64,000 nucleotides of DNA from an uncultured Candidatus Binatia bacterium (GTDB lineage: Bacteria > Desulfobacterota > Binatia > Bin18): positions 1,347,704-1,411,703 of the forward strand of contig CBDCPK010000005.1 of the NCBI GenBank assembly GCA_965220195.1, written 5' to 3'. The translations under genes were made by a program, and so were the position numbers. The notes below the pieces were generated by a model. The model was given only the letters and a program-made list of their open reading frames with translations. It ran no database searches and was not told where the DNA came from. Below, one piece after another: positions 55,715-64,000 of the stretch (position 1 is its first letter; the number at the start of each line of letters is the position of its first letter).

Positions 55715-56971
55715 ATGCAGACACAACACAACGGAAACGGCAGCAATGGCACTTCTTTTTCCTGGCCGGCAGAAGGCGGTGCGCGGGTGCCCTATCAGGT
55801 CTTCTATGACCCCGACATTTACGCCCAGGAGCAGGACAAGCTCTTTCGTGGCCCCATCTGGAATTATGTGGCGCTCGAAGCCGAAGTGGCGCAGCCGGGG
55901 GATTTCAAGGCCACCTTTATCGGCGATACGCCCGTTGTGGTCACGCGCGACAAAGAGGGTAGGCTCAACGCCTTCGTGAATCGTTGCGCGCATCGCGGTG
56001 CCATGGTCTGCCGGGAGCTGAGCGGTAACCGCCCGACCCATACCTGCATCTACCATCAGTGGAGCTACGATCTCAAAGGCAATCTGACCGGGGTGCCGTT
56101 CAAGAAAGGGATTGGGGGCGTCGGCGGCTATGGCGAGGATTTTGATCGGGCCAAACATTCGCTCCAAAAACTCCGCGTTGCCGCCTATCGCGGTCTGATC
56201 TTTGCCTCGTTCAGCCCAGACGCTGAACCCTTGGAGGACTATCTCAGCCCACCCATGCGGGAGTGGCTGGACCGTCTTTTTAATCGTCCCATCCAGGTTC
56301 TGGGTCACACCCGCCAGTGGGTGAACGCCAACTGGAAGCTGTATTTTGAAAACGTCAAAGACCCGTATCACGCCAGCCTGCTGCATATGTTCCACGCCAC
56401 CTTTGGCCTGTACCGGTCGTCGCAACAGGGCGGTGTCATCATGGACACTCACTCGCGGCATGACGTGCTGCACGCCAAGCCGCAGGCCGAGGAAGACCTC
56501 TCGACCTATGAATCCGGGCTGCACAGTTATCAGAAGGGCTATCAGCTTGCCGACCCGTCCGTGCTCAAAGGGTGGCCCGAGTTTGAGGGCCTCTTTATCC
56601 AGACGATCTTCCCCTGTCTGATTGTCCAGCAGATTGCCAATACGCTGGCCGTCAGGCAGGTTCTGCCCAAGGCGCCGGATCGCTTTGAGCTGATCTTCAC
56701 CTATTTCGGCTACGAGGACGACGACGAGGAAATGCGTGAGATTCGGCTGAAACAGGCCAATTTGGTTGGCCCGGCCGGCCTGATTTCCATGGAAGACGGC
56801 TATGCGGCCGAGATCGTCCAGCAGTCGGTGACAGGCGATTCCAGCGCGACGTCCTTTGTTGAAATGGGTGGAACCGAGGTCGCCAACGAACAAAGCCTGA
56901 TCACGGAAACCGCCATCCGCGGGTTCTGGGGCTATTATCGCGACACCATGGGCTTTCACGCAGGCGCCTAA
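55715..56971 (+). CDS. Rieske non-haem iron ring-hydroxylating oxygenase, alpha subunit
   Basis: The Rieske motif is CAHRGAMVC...(x17)...CIYHQW. The catalytic domain has a His/Asp iron-ligand region. Confidence 0.85.
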   Translation: MQTQHNGNGSNGTSFSWPAEGGARVPYQVFYDPDIYAQEQDKLFRGPIWNYVALEAEVAQPGDFKATFIGDTPVVVTRDKEGRLNAFVNRCAHRGAMVCRELSGNRPTHTCIYHQWSYDLKGNLTGVPFKKGIGGVGGYGEDFDRAKHSLQKLRVAAYRGLIFASFSPDAEPLEDYLSPPMREWLDRLFNRPIQVLGHTRQWVNANWKLYFENVKDPYHASLLHMFHATFGLYRSSQQGGVIMDTHSRHDVLHAKPQAEEDLSTYESGLHSYQKGYQLADPSVLKGWPEFEGLFIQTIFPCLIVQQIANTLAVRQVLPKAPDRFELIFTYFGYEDDDEEMREIRLKQANLVGPAGLISMEDGYAAEIVQQSVTGDSSATSFVEMGGTEVANEQSLITETAIRGFWGYYRDTMGFHAGA

Positions 56972-56980
56972 GCGGGGAGG

Positions 56981-57484
56981 GTGACGGCTATGAGCGGCAT
57001 GAGCGCTATTGAAACCCGTTTTGCGGTCGAAGACCTGCTGCACGCCTATGTGGCCTGTCTGGATAATGACGAGCTCGAAGACTGGCCGAACTTTTTTGTC
57101 GAAGACTGCCTGTATCAAATCATCCCCCATGAGAATGTGTCGCAGGACCTGCCCATCTCGCTGATCTATTGTGACAGCCGCGGGATGTTGCAGGACCGGG
57201 TGACCGCCTACCGCAAGGCCAATTACTATGCGCCCCATCTGTACCGCCACGTGGTCAGCGGGGTGCGGATCATCGGTGAGGACAACGGCATGATTGAGGC
57301 CCGGGCCAACTATGTGGTGCTCCAGACCCACCTCGACCCGGTCGATTACGGCAGCACCGAGGTGTATAGCGCCGGCGAGTATCGAGACAAAGTGCTCATC
57401 AACGACGGGGTTGCCAAGTTGAAAGAGAAGATCGTTGTGGTTGACACCAGCCGGATTTCGTCGCTGCTGGCGACGCCGCTGTAA
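56981..57484 (+). CDS. Ring-hydroxylating oxygenase beta subunit (SnoaL/NTF2-like)
   Basis: It is 167 aa with the beta-subunit pattern ...LLHAYVACLDNDELEDWPNFFVEDCLY... It follows the alpha gene with a 9-nt gap. Confidence 0.75.
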   Translation: MTAMSGMSAIETRFAVEDLLHAYVACLDNDELEDWPNFFVEDCLYQIIPHENVSQDLPISLIYCDSRGMLQDRVTAYRKANYYAPHLYRHVVSGVRIIGEDNGMIEARANYVVLQTHLDPVDYGSTEVYSAGEYRDKVLINDGVAKLKEKIVVVDTSRISSLLATPL

Positions 57485-57495
57485 CGGTTCTGTCT

Positions 57496-58200
57496 CTATT
57501 CAAACTCCCGCGTCGCTTCGTCAGCAGGCCGGGGAGCATGGCGCACAGCCCGCTTTCCGGCTCCCCAGACGATGGCCAGCGAGAGCACGCTCCACAGCCC
57601 GGCCCAGATAAAGGCCGGCACCGCGGTCAGCTCCGCCAAAATAACCGCGTCCGTGCGCATACCGATAAACAAGAAATCCGTCAGATCGTACACGGCGTAC
57701 AGTGAACTCGTGACCGCCAGGATGTCCACGATGTAGTGCGTGCCCGGAAAGGGCCGTCGCGAGAGCAAGGCAAAGCTCAGGGCCGTCCCGCAGCCAAAAA
57801 CCAGCCCAAAGCCATTGCGCACAAAAACGAGCGTCACCAGCCCGAAGAAAACGGCCAGTCCAAAGAAGATCGCTGAAGCCCATTCGTCCCGGGTTGAAAG
57901 CAGGAGCAGCAGGCCGCCAAAAAGCGCACTGCCGACATAGCCGGCGGAGGCAATGAACAGTGGGTTGCCACCGACATGCTGGACATAACCCGACTGCCAC
58001 GGGGTCACCACCATGGAGATTACCTGTCCGCCGGTGAGAACCGTGGTGAACGCATGGCCTGCTTCGTGGATAAAGACAACGAAAATTTTAATCGGGTAGA
58101 GAAACGGCGTATGCCAGAAGAGCAGCGACACAAAACCGATGGTGAGGAAAACCAGCAGTTGGCGGAGGTTCAGCGGTTGGCGGTGTTGGCTGTCCGGCAT
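57496..58200 (-). CDS. Membrane zinc metallopeptidase-like protein (M50-like, HExxH)
   Basis: It is polytopic with FIHEAGHAF in the second TM region. Confidence 0.5.
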   Translation of the reverse strand: MPDSQHRQPLNLRQLLVFLTIGFVSLLFWHTPFLYPIKIFVVFIHEAGHAFTTVLTGGQVISMVVTPWQSGYVQHVGGNPLFIASAGYVGSALFGGLLLLLSTRDEWASAIFFGLAVFFGLVTLVFVRNGFGLVFGCGTALSFALLSRRPFPGTHYIVDILAVTSSLYAVYDLTDFLFIGMRTDAVILAELTAVPAFIWAGLWSVLSLAIVWGAGKRAVRHAPRPADEATREFE

Positions 58201-58387
58201 CAGAATGTCGTTCCCCAGCGGTTCTCGGAGCCCTCCTTTGATATAGCCCGAGGACAGGTCCGTCGCTAGTGATGGAGATCTAACCTAAAATCCTGTCGGG
58301 ATTATATAACTGCACCATTCAGAGATCGACTTTGCGGGCTGACACGGATATATCAGGGAAATCTCGGGGACGGGAGAAAGGACCAGC

Positions 58388-59254
58388 ATGGATTACGGAA
58401 TTATTTTGCCTCACTTCAGCGCCTTTGCGCACGAAAACCCGGCTGAGCGGATTTTGACCGCAGCCACCACTGCGGAAGCGCTGGGCTATGGGACGCTGTG
58501 GGTAGCCGACCATATTGTTTTCCCGTCCAAGATTGAGGGAAGTTATGCCTTCAATCCGGAAGACCCTTTTCTTGATCCTCTCACCGTCCTGGCGGCCCTG
58601 GCGTATAAGACGACAACAGTCAAACTCGGCACCGCAGTCCTGATTCTTCCCTACCGGCATCCCTTAGCCGCGGCAAAGGCCCTTGCCACCATCGATGTCT
58701 TATCCGGCGGACGGACGGTTGTCGGCGTGGGGGCGGGCTGGCTGGAGCAGGAGTTTACAGCCCTGGGCACGTCGATCACAGAGCGGGGAGCCCGCACGAA
58801 TGAGACCATGGATATCTTCAAGGCGGTCTGGACGCAGGAAACGCCAGCATTTAGCGGCAAACATTTTCAGTTCGCCGACATTAAATTCATTCCCAAGCCG
58901 GTTCAGCAACCGCATCCGCCCATTCTTGTTGGGGGAATGACCAAGGGCGCCCTGCGCCGCATAGCGCGGCGCGGCGATGGCTGGATTGCCATGGGCAAGG
59001 GACCGGATGACATCCAAGCGCCTTTGGCAACCCTGCGGGAACTGACCTCTCAGGCCGGCCGCAACCCGGACGATCTACAGATTTGCATGCTGCCACTCGG
59101 AGCACCGAGCGTGGATCAGCTCATTCAGGACATTCCGCGCTACGCCGACCTGGGGGTGCATCACGTCTATCTGTCGTTTCGGGCCTGGACGAATGAGTTT
59201 GCCGAACTCATGCGCCTCATGGAACACTTTGCAAAGGAAATGAAGCTGGCCTAG
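58388..59254 (+). CDS. LLM-class F420-dependent oxidoreductase
   Basis: MDYGIILPHF...LWVADHIVFP...GGRTVVGVGAGW is an F420-dependent LLM pattern. Confidence 0.8.
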   Translation: MDYGIILPHFSAFAHENPAERILTAATTAEALGYGTLWVADHIVFPSKIEGSYAFNPEDPFLDPLTVLAALAYKTTTVKLGTAVLILPYRHPLAAAKALATIDVLSGGRTVVGVGAGWLEQEFTALGTSITERGARTNETMDIFKAVWTQETPAFSGKHFQFADIKFIPKPVQQPHPPILVGGMTKGALRRIARRGDGWIAMGKGPDDIQAPLATLRELTSQAGRNPDDLQICMLPLGAPSVDQLIQDIPRYADLGVHHVYLSFRAWTNEFAELMRLMEHFAKEMKLA

Positions 59255-59272
59255 TCCGGAGAAGGAGACCCT

Positions 59273-59959
59273 ATGAGTGGCAAGAAGTGGCCCATCGAAC
59301 ACCCTGACCGCATTCAACTCTATTCACTGGCAACCCCAAACGGCCAGAAGGCAGGTATCGCTCTCGAAGAATTGGGACTGGCGTATGAGGCCCATAAGGT
59401 GAATATCCTGGAGAACGAGCAGTTCAGCGAGGAGTTCATCGCGGTGTGTCCCAACTCGAAAATCCCCGCCATGGTTGATCCCGACGGTCCGGGCGGCAAG
59501 CCGCTGTCCATCTTTGAGTCCGGGGCCATGCTGTTATACCTGGCGGAGAAGACGGGCAAGCTGCTACCGGCTGCCCCCCACCGACGCATCGAGTGCATCC
59601 AGTGGTTGTTCTTTCAAATGGCTGGGGTCGGACCCATGTTCGGGCAGTTCGGCCACTTCTATAAATTCGCCAAAGAGCGTATTCCGTATCCGACCGAGCG
59701 CTATACCAATGAAGCCCGGCGGCTCCTGGGCGTGCTGGAAAAACGTTTGGCCGGCCGGGACTATGTGATGGACGATGAGTACACGATTGCCGACATCGCG
59801 ACCTTCCCCTGGGTCGGCTGCCTCGACTGGGGCTATGGAGCGCGCGAGGATTTGAAGCTGGACGCGGATTTCCCCAATGTGGTCGCCTGGTATGCGCGCT
59901 GCACCGAGAAGCCGGCTTCTGTGCGAGGGGCCAAGGTATGCGGCTTTTCGGACGATTAG
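59273..59959 (+). CDS. Glutathione S-transferase family protein (Nu-class-like)
   Basis: It has the thioredoxin-like N-domain ...IQLYSLATPNGQKAGIALEELGL... and a helical GST C-domain. Confidence 0.75.
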   Translation: MSGKKWPIEHPDRIQLYSLATPNGQKAGIALEELGLAYEAHKVNILENEQFSEEFIAVCPNSKIPAMVDPDGPGGKPLSIFESGAMLLYLAEKTGKLLPAAPHRRIECIQWLFFQMAGVGPMFGQFGHFYKFAKERIPYPTERYTNEARRLLGVLEKRLAGRDYVMDDEYTIADIATFPWVGCLDWGYGAREDLKLDADFPNVVAWYARCTEKPASVRGAKVCGFSDD

Positions 59960-60176
59960 ACTGATGGAAACAGACAGCGGACCCGACCTTGTGGTCGATA
60001 TCTTTGTTGACGGGCGGCTGGTAAACCCGAGCGAGGTACCGACTGCGGTTGTGAGGGAGATTGAAACGCTGGTCTCAGCGTCGGCATCCGGCAGGCTGAC
60101 GGCCGAGGGCGTTGTGTACGAGTGGTCCACGCGGCCCTGCGTCTACCCGTAGCTAGCCGGGCAGTGAGGGAGAATC

Positions 60177-60608
60177 ATGCGAAAGAATCTACGCCCCGAA
60201 GACCTTGGCGACTTCCTGGATCAGCCCAAATGCGCAACCCTGGCGACACATTTCAAGGACGGGACGATTCTGATGTCCCCCGTCTGGCACGAGTGGAAAG
60301 ACGGCGGGTTTACGGTTGCGGTGGCGAACGGGGATGTTAAGGCTCGTCACATTAGGCGTGATGCGAAGGTAAGTATCAGCGTGGCTGAAGATAGCCCTCC
60401 CTATCGGGGGATTGAGGTACGCGGGGAGGCCAGCATCGAGCGGGCGGACGCGTTTGAGACAACTCGTCGTATCGCCGTGCGCTATCTGGGAGCCAAACTG
60501 GGAGCGGCCTATGTTGAGGCCTTCCGTGAGGCGGACCTCGCGCTGATCCGGGTCAAACCGGGGGCGCTGCGGGCCTGGGACTTTGCTGACGAGATGGAGT
60601 TTAGCTGA
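60177..60608 (+). CDS. PPOX-class (pyridoxamine 5'-phosphate oxidase-like) probable F420-dependent enzyme
   Basis: It is 143 aa with a split-barrel pattern (...CATLATHFKDGTILMSPVWHEW...). Confidence 0.7.
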   Translation: MRKNLRPEDLGDFLDQPKCATLATHFKDGTILMSPVWHEWKDGGFTVAVANGDVKARHIRRDAKVSISVAEDSPPYRGIEVRGEASIERADAFETTRRIAVRYLGAKLGAAYVEAFREADLALIRVKPGALRAWDFADEMEFS

Positions 60609-60652
60609 GGTATCGGCTAAAGCTGCGCTCAGCCGATACCTCAGTGCTTGCC

Positions 60653-62089
60653 TTACTTTGCCACTGACGCGCTGGCCGCTGGGTGACTATTCGGCGCGCT
60701 CCGGTCCGCCTCACTCCTGGCACCCAGTAAGGACTGGCGGTGCAGGGCCGCCGGATGCGGTACGCTGAGCTTCGGTCCTTTGCCGTACAGCTTCTCGCGC
60801 AACGTGCCTTCCCGATATTCCTTTTGCATGCGACCGCGTTTTTGCAGCACGGGCACCACTCCGTCGACAAACTCCTCAAATGAACCCGGCGTGGTGGCAT
60901 AGGCCAGGTTAAACCCGTCTACTCCCGCGTCTATCCAGTCCTCGAACTGGTCGGCAATGTTCTCGGGCGTGCCGACCAGAACCGGGCCGGCTCCGCCAAT
61001 GCCGACATAGCGGGCGAGGTCTCGCAATGTCCATTTGCGATTTGGATCACCCTCGGTAAAGCTGTGAACGAGGGTGCGAATGGCATTGGTCTCGATATAC
61101 TCAAGCGGCTGATCGGGTTCAAACTGCCCGAAGTCTATGCCGCTCCAACCGCTTAACAAGGCGAGCCCGCCATCGTAGCTGCACTGCTCAAAGTACTCTT
61201 CATAGCGCCGTTTGGCTGCGGCTTCGGTCTCACCGGTAATCACCTTCATATATGCAAAACACAAGATGTCCTCTGGGTTCCTGCCGTTCTTGCGAGCGAT
61301 CTTGCGGATATCCTTAATATACTGGCCATCGACCTCAGGCTTTGAGCCAATGACAAAAACAGCTTCCGCATGCTGAGCCGCAAAGGCACGGCCCCGATCT
61401 GAGGCACCAGCCTGAAACAGGACGGGCGTCCGTTGCGGGGAGGGTTCAGCCAGGTGGCAGCCTTCAACCTTATAGTATGTGCCTTCATGGCTGACATCGT
61501 GGACTTTGGTTGGGTCGGCATAAATCCCGCGCTTAACATCTTTAAGCACGGCATCATCTTCCCAGCTCTTCTCCCACAGCTTGTAACACACATCGCAGTA
61601 CTCATCCGCGATGTCGTAGCGATTATCATGCTCTGCTAAACCAGCCTGGCCGTAGTTTCGACCTGCGCTCTCGAGATATGACGTCACGATATTCCAGGCG
61701 ATCCGGCCTTTGGTGAGATGGTCCAAGGTGGAAATGAGGCGAGCAAACGTGAACGGGTGGTTTTGGATGATAGAGCTCGTAAAACCAAATCCGATATGCT
61801 CGGTGGCATAGGCCATGGCCGGGATGAGCAGCATGGGGTCGTTGACCGGTATCTGGGCGGCTTCGGTCAGCGCGGCTTCCCGGTTGCCTCGAAACACATC
61901 GTACACGCCGAGCACGTCGGCCAGGAAGATGGCATCGAATTTTCCCCGCTCAACGATCTTCGCGAACTCGACCCACTGATTGAGGTCGGTGTACTCGGTC
62001 ATATGGTCATCGTCGCGGACCCATAGGCCGGGAGACTGATGGACCACACAGTTCATATGAAAGGCGTTGAAATAAATGCGTCTCTTCAT
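60653..62089 (-). CDS. LLM-class flavin-dependent monooxygenase (NtaA/SnaA/DszA family)
   Basis: It is 478 aa. MKRRIYFNAFHMNCVVHQSPGLW...FLADVLGVYDV is the family N-terminus. Confidence 0.85.
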   Translation of the reverse strand: MKRRIYFNAFHMNCVVHQSPGLWVRDDDHMTEYTDLNQWVEFAKIVERGKFDAIFLADVLGVYDVFRGNREAALTEAAQIPVNDPMLLIPAMAYATEHIGFGFTSSIIQNHPFTFARLISTLDHLTKGRIAWNIVTSYLESAGRNYGQAGLAEHDNRYDIADEYCDVCYKLWEKSWEDDAVLKDVKRGIYADPTKVHDVSHEGTYYKVEGCHLAEPSPQRTPVLFQAGASDRGRAFAAQHAEAVFVIGSKPEVDGQYIKDIRKIARKNGRNPEDILCFAYMKVITGETEAAAKRRYEEYFEQCSYDGGLALLSGWSGIDFGQFEPDQPLEYIETNAIRTLVHSFTEGDPNRKWTLRDLARYVGIGGAGPVLVGTPENIADQFEDWIDAGVDGFNLAYATTPGSFEEFVDGVVPVLQKRGRMQKEYREGTLREKLYGKGPKLSVPHPAALHRQSLLGARSEADRSAPNSHPAASASVAK

Positions 62090-62317
62090 TGATGCTCTCC
62101 TCTCCCCTCTTTCCTCATATGCAAGCAGGTCCTGATATTCAAGCCGAAAAGCGGGACGACGGATTTTCTGCCAGGCTCTCGAATGGCGGGATACAAAAGC
62201 AGAAGCGGGGGGGAAGTGTCAAGTAGAGGAATACGCCTTGCCATATAAGGCGGGCGGACGATATGATTCGCAATCAAACCTGGGGCAGCATTCGTTCATA
62301 GCCTGGAAGGAAAATAT

Positions 62318-63337
62318 ATGACCAGAGTCACAGCACAGGCCACCGGTGAAACGGACAGTTTGGGTCGGCTCAACTACCTCGACTCCTCTCTTCAGAGTTC
62401 GCTCTACCGCAACGGCAAAGTGCTGCTCCGACGCGATGCGGACGGCAGCGACAGCGGCATGCAGGGGGTCGTCTTTGATGAGCGGCAGATGCCAGTCCAC
62501 AATGCTCGATTGCTAGAGGAAGGGGATAGGCAGAACGGACACGCGCCTCGCAGCCTTGAGGCCAACGGTTTTGAACTCCTGACCCGCCCCCTTGAGCGTC
62601 CGGACCTCGACTTTTTCGATCATCGGGAAGTCATCCAGGACTACTACCGCCAATGCGCCCAGATCGTTAGAGAAGCGACCGGGGCGGCATCCGTCGCGGC
62701 TTTTGACCATAATGTCCGGTCGGCCGCGGGCAAGCAGAGCCAGCGACGCATTCGTGGCGGACAGCAGGTGCAGGGTCCGGCCTCTATCGCCCATGGGGAT
62801 TATACCCTGCGAAGCGCTCCGGAGCGGCTGCAACAACTCGCCCAACCGCCCGGTGGCAACGACACGTTCCGCTCGGTGCTCGACCAGGGCCAATCGCTCA
62901 TTGCGCCCGAAAAGGCGCACCAGGTGCTCGCTACGGACGGACGCTTCGCCATCATTAATGTCTGGCGCAATATCGCTGCGGAGCCGGTCGCGACCCATCC
63001 CCTGGCGTTATGCGACGCGCAGAGCGTGCATCCCGAAGACCTGGTGGTATTCGAAATTCACTATCAGGATCGGGTTGGCGAGAACTATTTTTCCAAGTAC
63101 GCGCCGCGACACCAGTGGTATTCCTACCCGGCCATGACTCGGGATGAGGCTCTGCTGATTAAGCAGTGGGACTCGGCCGGGCCACTCGCCCGCTCAGAAG
63201 GCCGCCGGGCCGATAGCGACGACACAAAAACGCCGTGCACCTTCAGCTTTCACACCGCCTATCAGGACCCGTCCACCCCTCCCGACGCGCCCGAGCGCTG
63301 GAGCATCGAGGTCCGCTGTATCGCCCTGTACGCCTGA
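62318..63337 (+). CDS. Putative CmcJ/NvfI-like (GA4-desaturase-like) oxidoreductase
   Basis: It has weak similarity by eye (...IAHGDYT... His/Asp motif). It is a full-length ORF with coding-like composition. Confidence 0.35.
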   Translation: MTRVTAQATGETDSLGRLNYLDSSLQSSLYRNGKVLLRRDADGSDSGMQGVVFDERQMPVHNARLLEEGDRQNGHAPRSLEANGFELLTRPLERPDLDFFDHREVIQDYYRQCAQIVREATGAASVAAFDHNVRSAAGKQSQRRIRGGQQVQGPASIAHGDYTLRSAPERLQQLAQPPGGNDTFRSVLDQGQSLIAPEKAHQVLATDGRFAIINVWRNIAAEPVATHPLALCDAQSVHPEDLVVFEIHYQDRVGENYFSKYAPRHQWYSYPAMTRDEALLIKQWDSAGPLARSEGRRADSDDTKTPCTFSFHTAYQDPSTPPDAPERWSIEVRCIALYA

Positions 63338-63417
63338 GCGAGGGGTGAAAAGAGTAAACGTGTCCTCCAATAGGTCCAAAGCTGTTGACACGTTTGCTCT
63401 TCAGAGAAGGGCCGTTC

Positions 63418-64000
63418 TCATGACGGTTGACGAAAATATGTCCGCGCCCGGTCTTCGGCCCGGGTTTGAATCAGCAGGGTCAGCAGCAGACCGCTGCCCA
63501 GGGTTGAAGCGACAAGCGCATAGGACAGGGCGGCGTAGCCGATGTGTGCCACCGCCAGTCCCCCGATAGCGGCCCCAACCGCATAACTGGCATAGCCGCT
63601 GCCGGATAAGACACCCGTCAGCGTTCCTCTCGCCGTTCCGCCTACATCGACGCCAACAACAAAGAGGAGGGTTGCCAGCGGCATGGTGAGCACCATAAAC
63701 ACGCTGGTGACAGCCACGCTCAGCCACAGGCTGTCGTTTAATAAAAAAGCGGCCATACCAGGCAGCGTCGCAATGAGTGCTGTGACCGATGCGATGAACA
63801 AACGCCCTCGGCTTTTTCCTATTTTTCCGCCCAGGAAGAGACCGCAGGTTGTACCGAGGGCGACAACGGAAACCGGCAGGGCGAGCTCTGCGGTGCTGAG
63901 GTGATACGTCACTTGGAGAAAAGGCGGAAAGAAAGTCATAATGAGCCCGTAGGCGGTCCGGACGGTGAGGTTGGTGAAGGCCAGCAGCCAGGTCACCGAA
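63418..64000 (-). CDS. MFS transporter, C-terminal part only (N-terminus lies beyond the window end)
   Basis: It has six hydrophobic helices and a GxLaDrxGrr-like loop. The frame is open to base 64000. Confidence 0.7.
   Translation of the reverse strand, partial: SVTWLLAFTNLTVRTAYGLIMTFFPPFLQVTYHLSTAELALPVSVVALGTTCGLFLGGKIGKSRGRLFIASVTALIATLPGMAAFLLNDSLWLSVAVTSVFMVLTMPLATLLFVVGVDVGGTARGTLTGVLSGSGYASYAVGAAIGGLAVAHIGYAALSYALVASTLGSGLLLTLLIQTRAEDRARTYFRQPS

Noticed and set aside
59964-60152. 63-aa ORF (METDSGPDLVVDIF…) between the GST and PPOX genes
   Set aside because: It has no RBS or similarity and sits in a short intergenic stretch. It could be real but is not supportable.

Overview
This is a roughly 64 kb stretch of a high-GC bacterial chromosome. 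Several F420-type luciferase-like (LLM) and PPOX oxidoreductases, a Uma2 endonuclease and a four-helix-bundle (4HB) gene point to Chloroflexota or a related Terrabacteria lineage, but this is inference. Most of the window is ordinary metabolism. It includes a 2-oxoacid dehydrogenase E1alpha/E1beta/E2 cluster, leuCD, moaA, murJ and an ABC-F ATPase. There are several SDR reductases and LLM/F420 enzymes, esterases, and a Rieske dioxygenase cluster. A Co-type nitrile hydratase beta-alpha-accessory operon is present. A secreted CobN-like chelatase sits in an operon with an ExbB/TolQ-like protein and DUF2149. Three paralogous NCS2-like permeases carry a conserved C-terminal cytoplasmic extension. 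The most unusual region is an AT-richer accessory island at about 30.0-37.7 kb. It holds a Uma2 endonuclease, a small toxin/HTH pair behind a perfect palindromic operator, and an orphan HicB. Its final two genes are a 1041-aa SNF2-family helicase followed 4 nt later by a 474-aa actin/Hsp70-fold ATPase. I cannot assign this pair to any described defence system, so it is my candidate novel system. Other notable structure is telomere-like G-tract (GGGGTT/GGGATTAGGGG-type) inverted repeats that bracket a 4HB gene inserted between E1alpha and E1beta. Similar repeats bracket an OsmC-like module fused in frame to E2. There is a decayed UPF0175/PIN toxin-antitoxin pair with the PIN stump fused to a lipoprotein. 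An alpha/beta hydrolase has its nucleophile Ser replaced by Phe. An intact mazEF pair and a 108-bp tandem Sel1 repeat gene are also present. No rRNA, tRNA or CRISPR was seen.
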